Shown here piece after piece: positions 25,555 to 35,546 of a stretch of 64,000 bases of DNA. Source of the stretch: an uncultured delta proteobacterium. Lineage in GTDB: Bacteria; Myxococcota_A; Polyangia; Polyangiales; Polyangiaceae. The stretch spans positions 1,344,001 through 1,408,000 of the forward strand of contig CAWJCS010000003.1 in assembly GCA_963841435.1 (NCBI GenBank), written 5' to 3'. Below the pieces are notes generated by a model that worked only from the letters and a program-made list of their open reading frames with translations, was not told the origin of the DNA and did no database searches. Every line of letters starts with the position of its first letter. The first letter of the stretch is position 1. Both the position numbers and the translations under genes were made by a program.

Positions 25555-25832
25555 TGGGGGGTCCTTTATGCCGGGTTTTTCACGCTTGCAAGCGGGTCTG
25601 CAACCGGTTCCAGGCCGGTGGACCCGGAATAGCAAAAGAAAGGCGAAAACGCAGGCTGCGCTCCGGCCCTTGGGAGCCCGTGCCGGTGATACCATTCGAG
25701 CTCCATGCTGGATGCCATGGCCGGGGAGCGCCCCGACGATCGCCGATTCGTGCCTGCCGGCCCCGCCCGCCGCGTGGGCCGCGCCCCAGCCCCTCTTGCG
25801 ACCCCCTCCGCAGTCCCCCCCACGGCCCCCTC

Positions 25833-26828
25833 ATGATCGTCTCCCGGGCACCCCTGCGCTTCTCGCTCGGCGGCGGCGGCAGCGACCTGCCCGCCTACTA
25901 TTCACGCTTCGGGGGATTCGTCGTGAGCGCGGCGATCGACCGCTACGTCTACGTCGCGGCCAACGAGCGCTTCTACGACGACATCCGACTCGCGTACTCC
26001 CAGACCGAGATCGTGCCGGACGTAGCGTCGATTCACCACCCGATCTTCCGCGAGGCGTTGCGCCTCATGGGCATCGACCACGGCATCGAGCTCGTCAGCG
26101 TCGCCGACCTGCCCTCCAACAGCGGGCTCGGCTCCTCGTCGAGCTTCACCGTGGCGCTGCTCAACGCGCTCCACGCCTACCGGCGAGACTTCGTCTCGTC
26201 CACGCGCCTCGCCGAGGAGGCGTGCGAGATCGAAATGGTGCGGCTCGGCGAGCCGATCGGCAAACAGGACCAGTACATGGCGGCGTTCGGCAACGTGACG
26301 GCGCTCGACATCGACCACGACGGGCACGTGACGGCCCAGCCCGTACCGGTGCGGGACGAGGTGCTCGACGACCTGCAAAATGCACTGCTGATCTTCTACT
26401 CGGGTGTCGAGCGCCCCGCGAAAGTGGTGCTCGGCGAGCAGGGACGGCGGCTCGAAACCGGTGACGCTGCCACGCTCGAAGGCATGCATCGCATCGCGGC
26501 CCTGGGGCGGGAGGTCTACGACCTTTTGGTGCGAGGCGACGTCGACCGGTACGGGGACATCCTGCACGAGCACTGGGAGCAAAAGCGAAAGCTCGCGAGC
26601 TCGATGACGGATCCGCGTCTAGACGAGACTTACGAGGTGGCCCGCCGCGCTGGCGCCGTCGGGGGCAAGCTCATGGGCGCCGGCGGCGGCGGCTTCTTCA
26701 TGTTCTACGTCCGCCCTCAGGAGCGGCGACGGGTGTTCGAGGCGCTCGCGGCGCGCGGCCTGAAGCCGCTGCGATTCCACTTCGATCGCGCCGGCGCGCG
26801 CATCGTCACCAACGTCCAGCGCGGCTGA
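25833..26828 (+). CDS. hddA: GHMP kinase, D-glycero-D-manno-heptose-7-phosphate kinase-like
   Basis: APLRFSLGGGGSD, PSNSGLGSSS, GKQDQY, GKLMGAGGGG. Confidence 0.85.
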   Translation: MIVSRAPLRFSLGGGGSDLPAYYSRFGGFVVSAAIDRYVYVAANERFYDDIRLAYSQTEIVPDVASIHHPIFREALRLMGIDHGIELVSVADLPSNSGLGSSSSFTVALLNALHAYRRDFVSSTRLAEEACEIEMVRLGEPIGKQDQYMAAFGNVTALDIDHDGHVTAQPVPVRDEVLDDLQNALLIFYSGVERPAKVVLGEQGRRLETGDAATLEGMHRIAALGREVYDLLVRGDVDRYGDILHEHWEQKRKLASSMTDPRLDETYEVARRAGAVGGKLMGAGGGGFFMFYVRPQERRRVFEALAARGLKPLRFHFDRAGARIVTNVQRG

Positions 26829-27105
26829 AGCCGTCGCAGGCCTGCCCGGTGACGCGACGACCCTCGGGCTTCGTCGAAAAGACACCGGCGGAAGACCGCC
26901 CGGCTGCAGCCACCGGGCCGCAACGGCAGAAACGAGCGCTCGCGAGCCCGGCGCCCGTGCCGCGCACACTGGAACCGACAGCACCGTTGGTGGCACGTCG
27001 ACCGTGGCCCGGAGCACTTTTGTGATCGCGTCACAATTGACACGCCTAGCGCGAGGAGCGAGAGTCAGCTCTCAGTGGTGCGGTGCCTGCACCAGGAGCC
27101 TTCCC

Positions 27106-27399
27106 ATGAAAGCGAGTCAGTTCGGGTGTGTTGTTGGCCTCGTCGTGTTGCTGCTGCCCATGACGGCCCAGGCTTACGTCGGGCCGGGCGCGGGGCTCAC
27201 CGCCATCGGCGCCCTGCTCGCGCTGATCGGCGGCTTCTTTCTCGCGATTCTCGGCTTCATTTGGTACCCGATTCGTCGTCTGCTTCGGGCCATGAAGCGC
27301 ACGCCTCCGGCTGAGAAGGGTGCTCCCGCAGCTGCGACGGCAGCGGCCGCCACGGCAGCGCCCGCCACGGCGAAAAGTCCCAGCACGCCCCCGGCCTGA
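27106..27399 (+). CDS. Small membrane protein with AQA|YVGPGAG motif
   Basis: Signal-like segment, YVGPGAG, TM helix, WYPIRR; AGGAG RBS. Confidence 0.7.
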   Translation: MKASQFGCVVGLVVLLLPMTAQAYVGPGAGLTAIGALLALIGGFFLAILGFIWYPIRRLLRAMKRTPPAEKGAPAAATAAAATAAPATAKSPSTPPA

Positions 27400-27419
27400 G
27401 CGGCTCCAACCTGGCGCCC

Positions 27420-27797
27420 GTGCTCTACGTCGCTGCAGCCATCGCTGTCGCCACCTTCCTCGCCGCGTTCCAGTGGCTCAAGCTGGTTCCCACGGCGGTG
27501 GCGGCCGCCGACGTCGCCAAGCAAGCGCTCGCCTCTGCCCGCGATCCTCGTCTGAGTGACGACGAAAAGGAGGCCTTGGCGCGGAAGAGCTCCGTGCGGC
27601 TGCTCGGTAGCTTCGTCTCCATCAGCGCGCGCGGGGCGCTCGCTTTCGCGGCTTCGGTCGTACCGTTGTTCGCGATCCAGGCGCTCCTCCATGTCCCCGT
27701 CGGTGACGTCGTGAGCTTGCTTTCGAGCTGGCCCGCGATCATCGTCGCCTTCGTGCTCACCACAGCCGTGATCCTACTCATGCGCAAGCGAACATGA
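27420..27797 (+). CDS. Hypothetical membrane protein
   Basis: Three hydrophobic segments, SDDEKE; ATGA overlap with the next gene. Confidence 0.65.
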   Translation: MLYVAAAIAVATFLAAFQWLKLVPTAVAAADVAKQALASARDPRLSDDEKEALARKSSVRLLGSFVSISARGALAFAASVVPLFAIQALLHVPVGDVVSLLSSWPAIIVAFVLTTAVILLMRKRT

Positions 27798-28876
27798 CCT
27801 TCGAGCGCAACTACTCGAGTCTCGACCGCTGGGTGCACTGGCTCGCCTTTTCTGGCCGCGCCGTGCAGCAAACCGCCGAAGACATGGAGGGCATGCTCTT
27901 CGCCAAGCACTTTCGAGACATCGAGGTGCGGCGACCGGTATTCGTTACCTCGCTCCCGCGCGCGGGCACGACGCTCTTGCTCGACGTCATCAATCAAAGC
28001 CCCGCCTTCGCAACGCACAGCTACCGGGACATGCCATTCGTCTTCGCTCCCATCTTGTGGCAGGCGCTCTCGGGGGGCTTCCAGAAGCGCGCGGAGCTCG
28101 CCGAGCGCGCTCACGGCGACGGCATGAAGGTCGGTTACGACAGCCCCGAAGCGTTCGAAGAGGTGCTGTGGAAGGGCGCGTGGCCCCAGAAGTTCGTCAA
28201 CGGCGGCATCGAGCTCTGGAGCGACGACGAAAGCGCCCCCGCGTTCGAAACGTCATTCGCCAATCACATGCGGAAGATCATCGCGTTGCGCGCGCCGGCC
28301 GGCGCGGAGAAGAGCGTGCGCTACGTCTCGAAGAACAACGCCAACGTCGCGCGACTCGGCTACCTACGGCGCCTGTTCGCCGACGCCGACATCCTGATCC
28401 CCTTCCGCGATCCATTCGCTCAGGCGGGCTCGCTCTTGAACCAGCACACTCGCTTCCTCGAGGTGCACCAGAACGAGTCCTTCTCCCGGCGCTACATGGA
28501 AGACATCGGCCACCTGGAGTTCGGAGCGCTGCATCGGCCGATCCTTTTTCCCAAGATGGCGGAGGTGATCGAACGCTACAAGCCCGAGCAGCGCGACTAC
28601 TGGGTTGCGTACTGGGTCGCCGCGTTCGAGCACGTGCTTTCGCACGACGCCGGGGCGAAGCTCGTTTCTTACGAGCGCGCCTGCGTCGATCGCCAAAAGA
28701 CGCTCGCCGCTCTCGCCGCGGCGCTCGGCATCCCCGAGGAAAGCTTCGCCGCCGTTCCCGCCGACCTGTTTCACGCACCGAGGGCGCCGACCGAGCCGCC
28801 CACGACGGCCGATCCGGCTCTCGCCGCGCGCGCTCACGAGCTCCACGAGGCCTGCCTCGCGCGCAGCATCGTGTGA
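27794..28876 (+). CDS. Sulfotransferase family protein
   Basis: PAPS loop VTSLPRAGTTLL, SKNN, FRDP..QAGS, SYE. Confidence 0.88.
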   Translation: MTFERNYSSLDRWVHWLAFSGRAVQQTAEDMEGMLFAKHFRDIEVRRPVFVTSLPRAGTTLLLDVINQSPAFATHSYRDMPFVFAPILWQALSGGFQKRAELAERAHGDGMKVGYDSPEAFEEVLWKGAWPQKFVNGGIELWSDDESAPAFETSFANHMRKIIALRAPAGAEKSVRYVSKNNANVARLGYLRRLFADADILIPFRDPFAQAGSLLNQHTRFLEVHQNESFSRRYMEDIGHLEFGALHRPILFPKMAEVIERYKPEQRDYWVAYWVAAFEHVLSHDAGAKLVSYERACVDRQKTLAALAAALGIPEESFAAVPADLFHAPRAPTEPPTTADPALAARAHELHEACLARSIV

Positions 28877-28911
28877 GCGGGCGACGCGCGCTCGTTCCGA
28901 GGGGCGTCGCG

Positions 28912-30663
28912 TCAGGCGCGCCGGCGCGCTCGCTCGACGCGCGCGACGAGTCGTGACCACGGCGCGAAGATCCCCGAAAGCGTGAGCAGCGCGAGGGGGA
29001 CCGACCACGTCAGCGTGCGGGGCGCGTAACGAAACGTCAGCGTGCGGCCGCCGGGCGGCAGTCGCGCGGCGACGAGCCCCGCGTGGTCGAGCGCGGGCGA
29101 GCCGTCGGCGCGCCACCCCGGATCGTAGTTCATGTCGTAGACGACGAGCGCGCCCGCGGGGGCCCCCTCGACGGCGAGCGTGACGCTATTCGGCGTCCAG
29201 CGCGTCACCTCGACTCGACCAGGGCCTTCGTCAACGTACGCGAGACCGCGATAGCGCGACGAATCGATCGGCACGGCGGCACCGTGGAACGCGGGGTCGA
29301 CGCCATAACAGCTGATGACGCCCGTGTTGGCGAACATGGCGAGCAGCACCGGCTCGGCCCAATCGCGAACCACGTAGGAGACGGGTGAGTGCCGGCGATG
29401 CACGAACGGCACCGCCACCTCGATGTTCTGGGGTGCTCGCATCCAGAATGCTTGCTCGAACGGCGTGCGTGAGAAACGCGCCATGTCCCAGCCGAACAGC
29501 GCCACCGGCAGGAGCAGGGCGAGGTCGAGCAGCGGCCGCACCGCGAGCCGACGTTCGAGTGCCTTTTGCACGCCGAGCACGAAGCCGAGCCCCAGGAAGA
29601 GCAACATCGGATAGTGGAAACGCGAGGGGACGTGCTGCGACGCGAACAGCGGCAGCCGGTGCAGGAGCGTCCAGGGGGCGAGCGGGTGAAAGGCGCCGAA
29701 CCCGAGCAGCAGCGCCACGGCGCCGAGCAGCGCGTACGAACGGCCCCGAGCTTCACGCGTCCAGGTCAGCCCCACGACGAGCGCCACCACCCCCACGGGG
29801 CCCACGTAGATGCCCCACTCGTGCCAGTTGTAGGCGGGCACGGGGACAGGGCGGGTCCCGAAACGCTGGTCCTCGAGCGTGAGCATCGAGAACAGGTCTC
29901 GCGGCCCGATGACCTCCGTCAACTCGATGAGCCGCGGCAGAGTGCGCAGTTGATCGAGTGCCGCGAACAGCTTGGGTGCCGACAGGCCGATGGCCGTCGT
30001 GCCCGCGACGGCGAGTGCCCAGAGCGGCCGAGCCCGACGCTCGAGCCCGGCGCGAAACAGCGCCAAGAGCGAGAGGAAGAGCGCCGTATGCGGTAGCGGG
30101 TAGACGCCTCCCCAGTAACACTCGAGCGCGAGGCAAATCCCGGCGCCGGCCGCCCAGCGCAGCGACCGCCCGCCGAGCGCACGCTCGAAGCAAAAGAACG
30201 CCCACGGCAGGAGCGAGTACTGGAGATGCCAGGTGTGCCCGACGGCCGCCTGCAACGCCCAGCGTCCGTTCAAGACGAACAGCGCTGCGACGAACGCACG
30301 CAGTGCCACGCTGCTCGTGAAGCAGCCGGCCAGCAGGTAGCTGCCCGAAAGAGCCAGGAGCCCCTGCGCGACCACTTCGAGCCGGAGCGCCGCGCGCAGA
30401 TCGAAGAGCAGGTAGAGGGGCAAGAAGGGCGACACGAAGTTCGTCGCACCTTCGGAGTACCCGAAGGCCTGCACGCCGCCGCACAGATACGGATGCCACC
30501 AGGGTCCTTCGCCGTTTCTCAGGCTGAGCACGGTGATGTAGCGGTAGGCGGTCGCGACGTCCCAGTCGTGGAAGCCGTAGGTCGAAAAATCCGCGAGCAT
30601 CGGCGCGAGCACCCACGCGAGCAACGCAGCGAGCAGCGCCGCGGCCAGCGCGTGCGTGACCAT
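28912..30663 (-). CDS. YfhO-like GT-C membrane protein
   Basis: HDWD, PWWHPYLCGG, multi-TM, C-terminal NYDPGWRADG. Confidence 0.65.
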   Translation of the reverse strand: MVTHALAAALLAALLAWVLAPMLADFSTYGFHDWDVATAYRYITVLSLRNGEGPWWHPYLCGGVQAFGYSEGATNFVSPFLPLYLLFDLRAALRLEVVAQGLLALSGSYLLAGCFTSSVALRAFVAALFVLNGRWALQAAVGHTWHLQYSLLPWAFFCFERALGGRSLRWAAGAGICLALECYWGGVYPLPHTALFLSLLALFRAGLERRARPLWALAVAGTTAIGLSAPKLFAALDQLRTLPRLIELTEVIGPRDLFSMLTLEDQRFGTRPVPVPAYNWHEWGIYVGPVGVVALVVGLTWTREARGRSYALLGAVALLLGFGAFHPLAPWTLLHRLPLFASQHVPSRFHYPMLLFLGLGFVLGVQKALERRLAVRPLLDLALLLPVALFGWDMARFSRTPFEQAFWMRAPQNIEVAVPFVHRRHSPVSYVVRDWAEPVLLAMFANTGVISCYGVDPAFHGAAVPIDSSRYRGLAYVDEGPGRVEVTRWTPNSVTLAVEGAPAGALVVYDMNYDPGWRADGSPALDHAGLVAARLPPGGRTLTFRYAPRTLTWSVPLALLTLSGIFAPWSRLVARVERARRRA

Positions 30664-30773
30664 CGACCGAGCGCGCGCCTGCCCCAGCCGAAAAAGGTGC
30701 CCTCCTGCCATGCGGGCGAAGCGCGCGAGCGGGGAGGGGTTCATCGGCGGGGGAGTGTAGACTAAGGTTTGCC

Positions 30774-31547
30774 GTGGTTTCCGACACGAGGCACTTCTAC
30801 GACGCCGTCTGGACGGACATCGCCAAGCTGGACGACCAGAGCCCCGCGTCGTTTCACCGGCGGCGACTGATTCGCAAGCTCACGCTGCGTTTCGCGCGGG
30901 ATCCCGCGACGGTCCTCGACGCGGGCTGCGGCCCCGGGCAGCTGCTCGCGGAGCTCGCCGTGCACCTGCCGCACGCGGCGCTCGCGGGCGGCGACGTGTC
31001 GCCGGCGTCGCTCGACCTCGCGCGCCAGCGCTGCTCGACGGCGGACCTGTTCGAGCTCGACCTCGAGGGCGCGGATTTCGAGACGCGCCAGGCTGCGCGG
31101 CTCGGCAGCTTCAATCTCGTCGTGTGCTCGGAGGTGCTCGAGCACATCGCCGACGACGCCCGCGCGGTCGCGCGCCTGCGCGAGCTCGTCACCGAAGGTG
31201 GTGTGCTCGTCGTCACCGTGCCTTCGGGCAAGATGTCGCGCTTCGACGAAGCCATCGGCCATCAACGCCACTACCGGCTCGCCGAGCTCCGCGCGCTACT
31301 CGCGGCCAACGGCTTCGAGCCGCTCTTCGCGATGGCGTGGGGGTTTCCGTTCCAGAACCTCTATCGCAGCGCCGTTCGCGTGGCGTCGCGCTTCGCGTTC
31401 GCGCCCGGCTCGAAGAGCGGGGCGCCCAAAAAGCCGCTCGGCCTCGCCTACCTCGCCTTCGGACAGCTCCTGCGCCCGCTGTTCTTCCTCAACCTGCCCG
31501 TTTGGGGCGAGCAGCTGTTCGCCGTCGCGCGGCGGCGGGAGAGCTGA
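30774..31547 (+). CDS. Class I SAM-dependent methyltransferase
   Basis: VLDAGCGPG, CSEVLEHI, VTVP, GHQRHY. Confidence 0.88.
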   Translation: MVSDTRHFYDAVWTDIAKLDDQSPASFHRRRLIRKLTLRFARDPATVLDAGCGPGQLLAELAVHLPHAALAGGDVSPASLDLARQRCSTADLFELDLEGADFETRQAARLGSFNLVVCSEVLEHIADDARAVARLRELVTEGGVLVVTVPSGKMSRFDEAIGHQRHYRLAELRALLAANGFEPLFAMAWGFPFQNLYRSAVRVASRFAFAPGSKSGAPKKPLGLAYLAFGQLLRPLFFLNLPVWGEQLFAVARRRES

Positions 31548-31593
31548 CCGCGAACGTGCGTCGCCACCGGGCCCCCTCGGCCGAGCCGACGCC

Positions 31594-33045
31594 TCAGGTC
31601 GCGTCGCTCGAGCGCCGGTAGCCGAAGAAACCGCGCCGCTTGATGAGCTCGGCGATTTCGCTCGGCACCGCTTGCTCCCACCCCGTATCGCCGCGCGCGA
31701 TGCCCGCCAGCACCTCGCGCGAAAAGATCGGCAGGCACGCCCTGTCGAAACCTTCGAGCCCGACGATGGCGCCGCGGTCGACCAGGTGCCCGTAGAGCTT
31801 GGCGAGCTCCGTCGGGACGGGCAGGTTGTGAACGGTCGTGAGCTCGCCGGTGGCGCGGTCGAGCAACGGGTAGACGTAGAGGCGCGTCTCGTTCTTGAAG
31901 AGCCGGCCGAACGACTCGAGGATGCCGCCGTCGAGATCGGTGTAGTACTTTTCGTCGAACAGCGTCACGACGCTGCCGGCGCCGAGCGCGATCCCCACGG
32001 GGCGCTGCGTGTGGCGCCGAATGTACGCCGCGAGCCGGTGATACTCGGGGAAGTCCGAGATGAGCACCGTGCGGCCAGCCGCACCGAGCAGATCGGCGCG
32101 GGCGAGGAAATCGCGATAGTCGATGCTGCCAGCCTCGAGCAGGTTGCGCATCGTGATCTCCATCAGCTCGATCACGTCATCAGCCGCGCCGTCGCCCCCG
32201 TTTGCGTCGAGCGAGCCCACGAACACCTCGTGCGCGCAGCGCAGCATGTCGAGGTTCACGTGCGTCACGGGACGGAAGCTGCCCCGCTCCACGAGCACGG
32301 AGCGCTTGTAGAGCACCTCGGAGGGCTGGAGCACCTCGCCCTGCGGGCCAAACATGGCTGCGCCCGACAGGCCGAGCTCGACGAGCTTCAGGCTCATCAC
32401 GCGGTTGTCGACGTGCCTGAACTCGATGCCCGAGAACTCGATCATGTCGATCTCGATGCGATCCGTGCTCAGGTTGTCGAGCAGCGATTCGAGCAGGCGA
32501 TCGGGATCGTGATGCAAGAAGAACGCGCCGTAGAGCAGGTTGACGCCGACGATACCGAGCGCTTCCTGCTGCAACGCGGCCTCGCCGTCGAGCATGCGCA
32601 CGTGCACGATGATCTGGCTGTCTTGATCGCGCGGGTGTGCCTGGAAGCGCACCCCCATCCAGCCGTGGCACTCGTTCTGCCCACGGAAGCTCTTCGTGGA
32701 CACCGTGTCGGCGAAGGCGAAGAACGCGGTGGTGTCACCGCGGCCCTCCCGCAAACGCTCGACGTTCAGCGTGTGCTCGTAGCTCAGCATGTCCTCGAGA
32801 CGCTGGCGGCAGACGTAGCGTTTGGCGCGACCGTAGATCGCGTCGCTCACGGCCATGTCGTACGCGGAGATGCTCTTGGCGATCGTCCCTGAAGCGCCGC
32901 CCACGCGGAAGAACCAGCGCACGACTTCCTGGCCTGCGCCGATCTCGGCGAAGGTGCCGTAGCGCTTCGAGTCGAGGTTGGTGGCGAGCGCTTTCTGATG
33001 CGTATCGAGGGTATCGTCGCCGCGAGCCGAAGACTGCGTCACCAT
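31594..33045 (-). CDS. Conserved uncharacterised cytoplasmic protein with nucleotidylyltransferase-like motif
   Basis: YGTFAEIGAGQEV, AKSISAYDM, RGSFRPVTHVN; no signal peptide. Confidence 0.7.
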   Translation of the reverse strand: MVTQSSARGDDTLDTHQKALATNLDSKRYGTFAEIGAGQEVVRWFFRVGGASGTIAKSISAYDMAVSDAIYGRAKRYVCRQRLEDMLSYEHTLNVERLREGRGDTTAFFAFADTVSTKSFRGQNECHGWMGVRFQAHPRDQDSQIIVHVRMLDGEAALQQEALGIVGVNLLYGAFFLHHDPDRLLESLLDNLSTDRIEIDMIEFSGIEFRHVDNRVMSLKLVELGLSGAAMFGPQGEVLQPSEVLYKRSVLVERGSFRPVTHVNLDMLRCAHEVFVGSLDANGGDGAADDVIELMEITMRNLLEAGSIDYRDFLARADLLGAAGRTVLISDFPEYHRLAAYIRRHTQRPVGIALGAGSVVTLFDEKYYTDLDGGILESFGRLFKNETRLYVYPLLDRATGELTTVHNLPVPTELAKLYGHLVDRGAIVGLEGFDRACLPIFSREVLAGIARGDTGWEQAVPSEIAELIKRRGFFGYRRSSDAT

Positions 33046-33265
33046 GTCGTCACCAGCGGCCGGTGGGACGGGACCTTGAGGGGACACCCGAGGGGCGTCG
33101 AGAGCGAGACAGCTTCAGCCATGGCGATCTTTGCGCGGAAACAGGAGGTTCTGCGCGCCGTCCGGAGGCTAGCGCGAATCCCAGCAAACGTGGTCCCCGA
33201 AGGTCGGTTGAGGTAGAGTTGCGGTTCGCACACGGGCCGATATCGAGAGCCTCGCTGCGCACGCC

Positions 33266-33952
33266 ATGCCCACGGACCGTCGTCACACCGACCGCGAGTA
33301 CGAGAGCGAGCTCGAAACCTTGCGGGAGCAAATCCTGTTCATGGGGGCTCGCGTCGAGGAGATGATGACGTTCGCGCTACGCGCGTATTCGAACCGAAAC
33401 GCGCAGCTCGCACAGAGCACGATCGCCACGGATCGGCACGTCAACGCGGCCGAGAAACGCATCGACGAGCTCTGCCTCAGGATCTTGGCCCTCCGGCAGC
33501 CCGTGGCGTCCGACCTTCGTTTCATCACGACGACGCTCAAGCTGGTGACCGACCTCGAGCGCATCGCCGACCTCTGCGTCAACGTCTGCGAGCGCGTGGT
33601 GGAGATCGAAGACGCCCCGAACACGCTCTCCGACGCCGCCATCACCCGCATCGGCGCTCTCGCGCAGAGCATGGTGCACGACGCGCTCGACGCCTTCGTG
33701 GGCGGCGACGCGGTCAAGGCCGAGCAGGTGATGGAGCGCGACGAAACGGTGGATCGCCTGCACGCCGAGCTCGTCCCGGAGCTCGCGGCGCTCATGGCGC
33801 GCGACTCGACCGCCGTCGCCCGTTCGATTCGGCTCGTGTCCATCGGCAAGTACCTCGAACGCATCGCCGATCACGCGACCAACATCGCGGAGATGGTCGT
33901 GTTCATGGTGCGCGGGCAGGACATTCGCCACATGGCGTTGCCGAGCGAGTGA
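33266..33952 (+). CDS. phoU: Phosphate signalling protein PhoU
   Basis: LRQPVASDLR, DLERIADL, YLERIADHATNIAE. Confidence 0.95.
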   Translation: MPTDRRHTDREYESELETLREQILFMGARVEEMMTFALRAYSNRNAQLAQSTIATDRHVNAAEKRIDELCLRILALRQPVASDLRFITTTLKLVTDLERIADLCVNVCERVVEIEDAPNTLSDAAITRIGALAQSMVHDALDAFVGGDAVKAEQVMERDETVDRLHAELVPELAALMARDSTAVARSIRLVSIGKYLERIADHATNIAEMVVFMVRGQDIRHMALPSE

Positions 33953-33964
33953 GCCCGGCCCTCG

Positions 33965-34693
33965 TCAGCGGCCGAGACCGCGCAGCGTGTCCACGATGAA
34001 GGCCAGAAGCTCTCGCCCGGCGCGTCCGAGCTCCACCCAGTCACCGACGTCCTCGCGCGGCACGACGGGGCGCGAAAGCGCGGCCTCGACGCGGCGCTCG
34101 CGCTCTCTCCGGTCGAGCTCCACAGCCTCGCGCAGGCGCGCACGCTCGAGACCGCCCGCCTGAACGAAGGCGAGCACGCGAGGCAGCTCCCCGGCATCGA
34201 ACCAGACCCCGTGGCGCGCGCAGACATCGACGACGATACCGCTCGTTTCCCCGAAGTTCTTGCGATTCATCATCGCTGTGCACGAGGGACAGGGCAAATA
34301 GCGCACGGGCCTGTCGAGAGGATTCTCGCGCCGCAAGACGCGCGGCACGCCCCGGTACACCTCGCGTCGCTCGAGCAGCTCCGCGAGCAGCGCGTGCTCG
34401 ACGAATTGTCCGCCGCAGCCCGTGCACTCCGAGAGCCGACCCGCCACACCCGCGAAGCCCGAGAACGGTCGCTGACAGTCGGGGCAAACGAGGTCGCTCG
34501 CGCGCGCGAGCGGCTCGAGACCCAGCTCGTGGCCGCAGCCGCTACAGTGCAGGGCCTCGGCGGCGTTCAGGGCGTAGCAACTGCTGCAGCGCACCGTGAA
34601 GAGCGGCGACGCGCAGTAGCCGCAGCTCGAGGCGCCGGCCTCGACGGGCCCGCCGCAGACCGGGCAACGTCGTACCTCGGCTTCGGCCATCAA
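33965..34693 (-). CDS. Multi zinc-ribbon protein (zf-TFIIB-like)
   Basis: Eight CxxC/CxxH pairs; VDVC..HGVWFDAGEL. Confidence 0.8.
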   Translation of the reverse strand: MMAEAEVRRCPVCGGPVEAGASSCGYCASPLFTVRCSSCYALNAAEALHCSGCGHELGLEPLARASDLVCPDCQRPFSGFAGVAGRLSECTGCGGQFVEHALLAELLERREVYRGVPRVLRRENPLDRPVRYLPCPSCTAMMNRKNFGETSGIVVDVCARHGVWFDAGELPRVLAFVQAGGLERARLREAVELDRRERERRVEAALSRPVVPREDVGDWVELGRAGRELLAFIVDTLRGLGR

Positions 34694-35496
34694 GAGAGTT
34701 TAGCGGACGGGTTCGCGCGCGAAAGGCACACGATCTGAAAGCCCAAAAGTCCGGGCCACAGAGCGCAGAGCCGCGTCTCCGCGGGCTCGACGTAGCGCTG
34801 GTACGCCCGGAAGGCCGGCGAGTCGCCGAGCGCCAGGTGCTCCCCGGCGTCAACGCGCGCCTCGAGCGGCAGGCGCAAGAGCGGCGCCGCGGCCTGCACG
34901 AGCGACGGGCTCGAACCCTCGGCGACGATCTCACGTCCGGCGTGCTGCAAGAGCTCCAAGAGCGAGCGCCGCGTGAAGAAGCGGAGGTGGGTCCGATCGT
35001 AAAGCCCCGACCAGGCGTAGGAAAACGACCCCGCCAGCGTACGCAGTCTATTGTACCACACCGCGTAGTTCGGCACCGAAACGAGCCAGGCCGCGGCGCG
35101 TGTCCCCGGGTGCTCGGCCAGACGGCGCAGCAGGCGCAGCGGATCGGCAACGTGCTCGATCACGCAGGAGAGCACGACCAAGTCGAAGCGGCGGTCCTCG
35201 GCGAGCTCGAGCCACGCTTCGAGCGTTCCCTCGAATACGTCGTCGCACGCGCTCCGCGCGAGAGCGGCAGCGCGCGCGTCAGGCTCGATGCCGACCAGCG
35301 TGGCTTCGGGAGCGAGACGACGGATCTCGCGCGCGTTCGCCCCGGCGCCCGAGCCCACGTCGAGCACCACGGGGTGGGGCTTTTCGGTCAAGACGTGGCG
35401 GCGGAAGAGCTCGAGGAGCGCGGCATTCGGCCGTTCGGCGTAGGCGTAGCCGCGAGCCTTCAGATCCAGGGGGTAGCGACGCTCGCTCCGAGGCAT
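34690..35496 (-). CDS. Class I SAM-dependent methyltransferase (glycan-associated type)
   Basis: VLDVGSGAG, VIEHVADP, SVPN, GLYDRTHLRFFT. Confidence 0.88.
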   Translation of the reverse strand: MPRSERRYPLDLKARGYAYAERPNAALLELFRRHVLTEKPHPVVLDVGSGAGANAREIRRLAPEATLVGIEPDARAAALARSACDDVFEGTLEAWLELAEDRRFDLVVLSCVIEHVADPLRLLRRLAEHPGTRAAAWLVSVPNYAVWYNRLRTLAGSFSYAWSGLYDRTHLRFFTRRSLLELLQHAGREIVAEGSSPSLVQAAAPLLRLPLEARVDAGEHLALGDSPAFRAYQRYVEPAETRLCALWPGLLGFQIVCLSRANPSAKLS

Positions 35497-35546
35497 GCCG
35501 ACGGTTGCTACCTTACATGAAGGGGCAGTAGCTTGCGCCCCGAGTC

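Noticed and set aside
31594-33045. TonB-dependent receptor label sometimes attached to this kind of protein
   Set aside because: No signal peptide, beta-barrel pattern or C-terminal aromatic residue.
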